In this document: piece after piece, positions 5,160 through 6,261 of the stretch
How positions within the stretch are numbered: the stretch's first letter is position 1
Layout: each line of letters begins with the position of its first letter
DNA from: a virus
Virus record (IMG/VR): IMGVR_UViG_3300020041_000023
Coordinates: 1 to 6,261 of that record
Length of the DNA stretch: 6,261 nucleotides
Reading direction: 5' to 3' (one strand)
Notes under the pieces: generated by a model
Told to the model about the DNA's origin: nothing
Seen by the model: the letters and a program-made list of their open reading frames with translations, nothing else
Databases searched by the model: none
Made by a program: the position numbers and the translations under genes

Positions 5160-5603
5160 ATGAGAAGTTTTGCGTATAAAAATGAGAATTTTGAAAAGAA
5201 TTCGTATGTTCCTGTGTTGAAGGAAGGCAATCCGTGTTATCAGGCTTCTGTTTATGATTCGGTTATGTATGACGAGACTCCTGATGGTGACTTGATTCAA
5301 TGCGATATGACCCAGATCCTTTTGAATCAGGAAAAGTACCGTCGTTTGCTTGGTGATATGAACGTCAATAATATCCTTGCTCAAATGCATCCTACTCAAT
5401 CTACTGTGATGGACGGTATGACAGACGAGGAACGATTTAAATGTGTTATATCCCGTCATTGCCAGACAATGTCTGAACGTCAGGCTGTATTGTCTGAATT
5501 GGCGTCTCAACATTCTGAGTTGTCTAAGTTCGCTGAGTCTATGTTGGCAGAGCAAAGTGCAGAGCCCGCTCCTGATGCGTCCGCCACTGCACCTAGTGCT
5601 TAA
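5160..5603 (+). CDS. Hypothetical 147-aa acidic protein between VP1 and VP2, possibly an internal scaffolding (VP3-like) protein
   Basis: The ATG at 5160 is the first start after the VP1 stop (5147..5149). The upstream part of track ORF 5034..5603 overlaps VP1 and is an artefact. The stop TAA (5601..5603) overlaps the VP2 ATG (5603..5605) as TAATG. The protein is acidic and looks helical, with a low-complexity tail AEQSAEPAPDASATAPSA. I recognise no family motif. Confidence 0.6.
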   Translation: MRSFAYKNENFEKNSYVPVLKEGNPCYQASVYDSVMYDETPDGDLIQCDMTQILLNQEKYRRLLGDMNVNNILAQMHPTQSTVMDGMTDEERFKCVISRHCQTMSERQAVLSELASQHSELSKFAESMLAEQSAEPAPDASATAPSA

Positions 5604-6261
5604 TGGGTCTATTTGATGCTATCGCCTCCACTGTCGGTAATCTTACCGACAATGTGATAGGCATGGTTAACCAAAATCATCAGAATAAGGTTAACCTCCG
5701 TATGATGCGTGAGCAGAATTCGTTTAATGCTGAGCAAGCTCAGCTTCAGCGTGATTGGCAAGAAGATATGTGGGATAAGAATAATGCTTACAATTCTCCG
5801 GATGCTATGATTTCCCGTGGCTTGAATCCATTTGTTCAAGGTTCTGCCGCTATGGCTGGCTCTAAATCTCCCGCCTCTGGCGGTGCTGCCGCTACAGCCG
5901 CCCCTGTTCCATCTATGCAGGCTTTTAGGCCTAATTTTTCCAACGTCTTTAATAGTTTGGCTTCCCTCGCTCAAGCGAAAAAAGCACAATCAGAATCTAA
6001 TAATATTGATGCTATTACTCCTCAGATTGCTAACTATTATAAAGGTATGACAAATTGGAAGAATCTGGCTATCGGTGAGTCTGGCTATTGGAATAAGGAT
6101 ACTGGTCGTATCTCTGCTTCTTTGGATCAGTCTACAGAAGCTCAGGAATTGAAGAATCTTCAGTTTGCTGAACGTCTGTCTGCTGCTCAGGAGACTCAGA
6201 TTCTTTTGAATTCTGAGGCTCAACGTATATTAAACCGTTATCTTGATGAACAACAGCAAGC
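5603..6261 (+). CDS. VP2: DNA pilot / minor capsid protein VP2, N-terminal part. It has no stop in the window and continues at position 3 after circular wrap-around. The full CDS is 1122 nt, 373 aa.
   Basis: I translated it by hand with no stop codon: MGLFDAIASTVGNLTDNVIGMVNQNHQNKVNLRMMREQNSFNAEQAQLQRDWQEDMWDKNNAYNSPDAMISRGLNPF... The block N.FNAEQAQ..RDWQE.M....AY.....M...GLNP (nt 5717..5830) is the conserved signature of gokushovirus-type VP2 proteins. The ORF is missing from the supplied track only because it runs off the window end. Confidence 0.9.
   Translation, partial: MGLFDAIASTVGNLTDNVIGMVNQNHQNKVNLRMMREQNSFNAEQAQLQRDWQEDMWDKNNAYNSPDAMISRGLNPFVQGSAAMAGSKSPASGGAAATAAPVPSMQAFRPNFSNVFNSLASLAQAKKAQSESNNIDAITPQIANYYKGMTNWKNLAIGESGYWNKDTGRISASLDQSTEAQELKNLQFAERLSAAQETQILLNSEAQRILNRYLDEQQQ
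6141..6261. repeat. Terminal redundancy copy 2, identical to 1..121
   Basis: Exact 121/121 identity with the window start. It lies inside the VP2 coding sequence. Confidence 0.97.

Noticed and set aside
1-6261. Integrase, transposase, CRISPR array, tRNA or rRNA genes, or toxin-antitoxin or defence modules
   Set aside because: The supported + strand ORFs and the single intergenic region account for the whole window, and none of them shows the relevant motifs or repeat-spacer organisation.

Overview
The window is one complete circular ssDNA phage genome of the family Microviridae. It is gokushovirus- or alpavirus-like; I cannot assign a subfamily from sequence alone. It was linearised with a 121-nt assembly overlap: positions 1..121 are identical to 6141..6261, so the true unit length is 6140 nt. 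All supported genes are on the + strand and tightly packed, with ATGA and TAATG overlaps and gaps of 2 to 21 nt. They share a strong T-at-third-codon-position signature and have no Shine-Dalgarno sequences. The core genes are a replication initiator VP4 (1568..3403, HUH and YVASYVNS motifs), a major capsid protein VP1 (3425..5149) and a DNA pilot/minor capsid protein VP2. VP2 starts at 5603, runs off the window end and finishes at 584 after wrapping (373 aa). A 147-aa ORF between VP1 and VP2 may be a scaffold-like protein. Two things stand out. First, an accessory module lies just upstream of VP4: an orphan 64-aa ORF, a 27-aa single-transmembrane micro-ORF, and a compact M15-family zinc peptidoglycan peptidase, start-stop coupled. 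It looks like a miniature holin/endolysin-type lysis cassette in a phage family known for non-enzymatic single-gene lysis. Second, the only large non-coding region (585..992) holds a roughly 200-nt island of about 59% GC (hand count) in an otherwise AT/T-rich genome. The island is packed with four consecutive hairpins and a repeated ACACCC..CTG(TA) motif. It could be an origin, a primosome-assembly site or a structured RNA element. No tRNA, rRNA, CRISPR array, integrase or transposase is visible.
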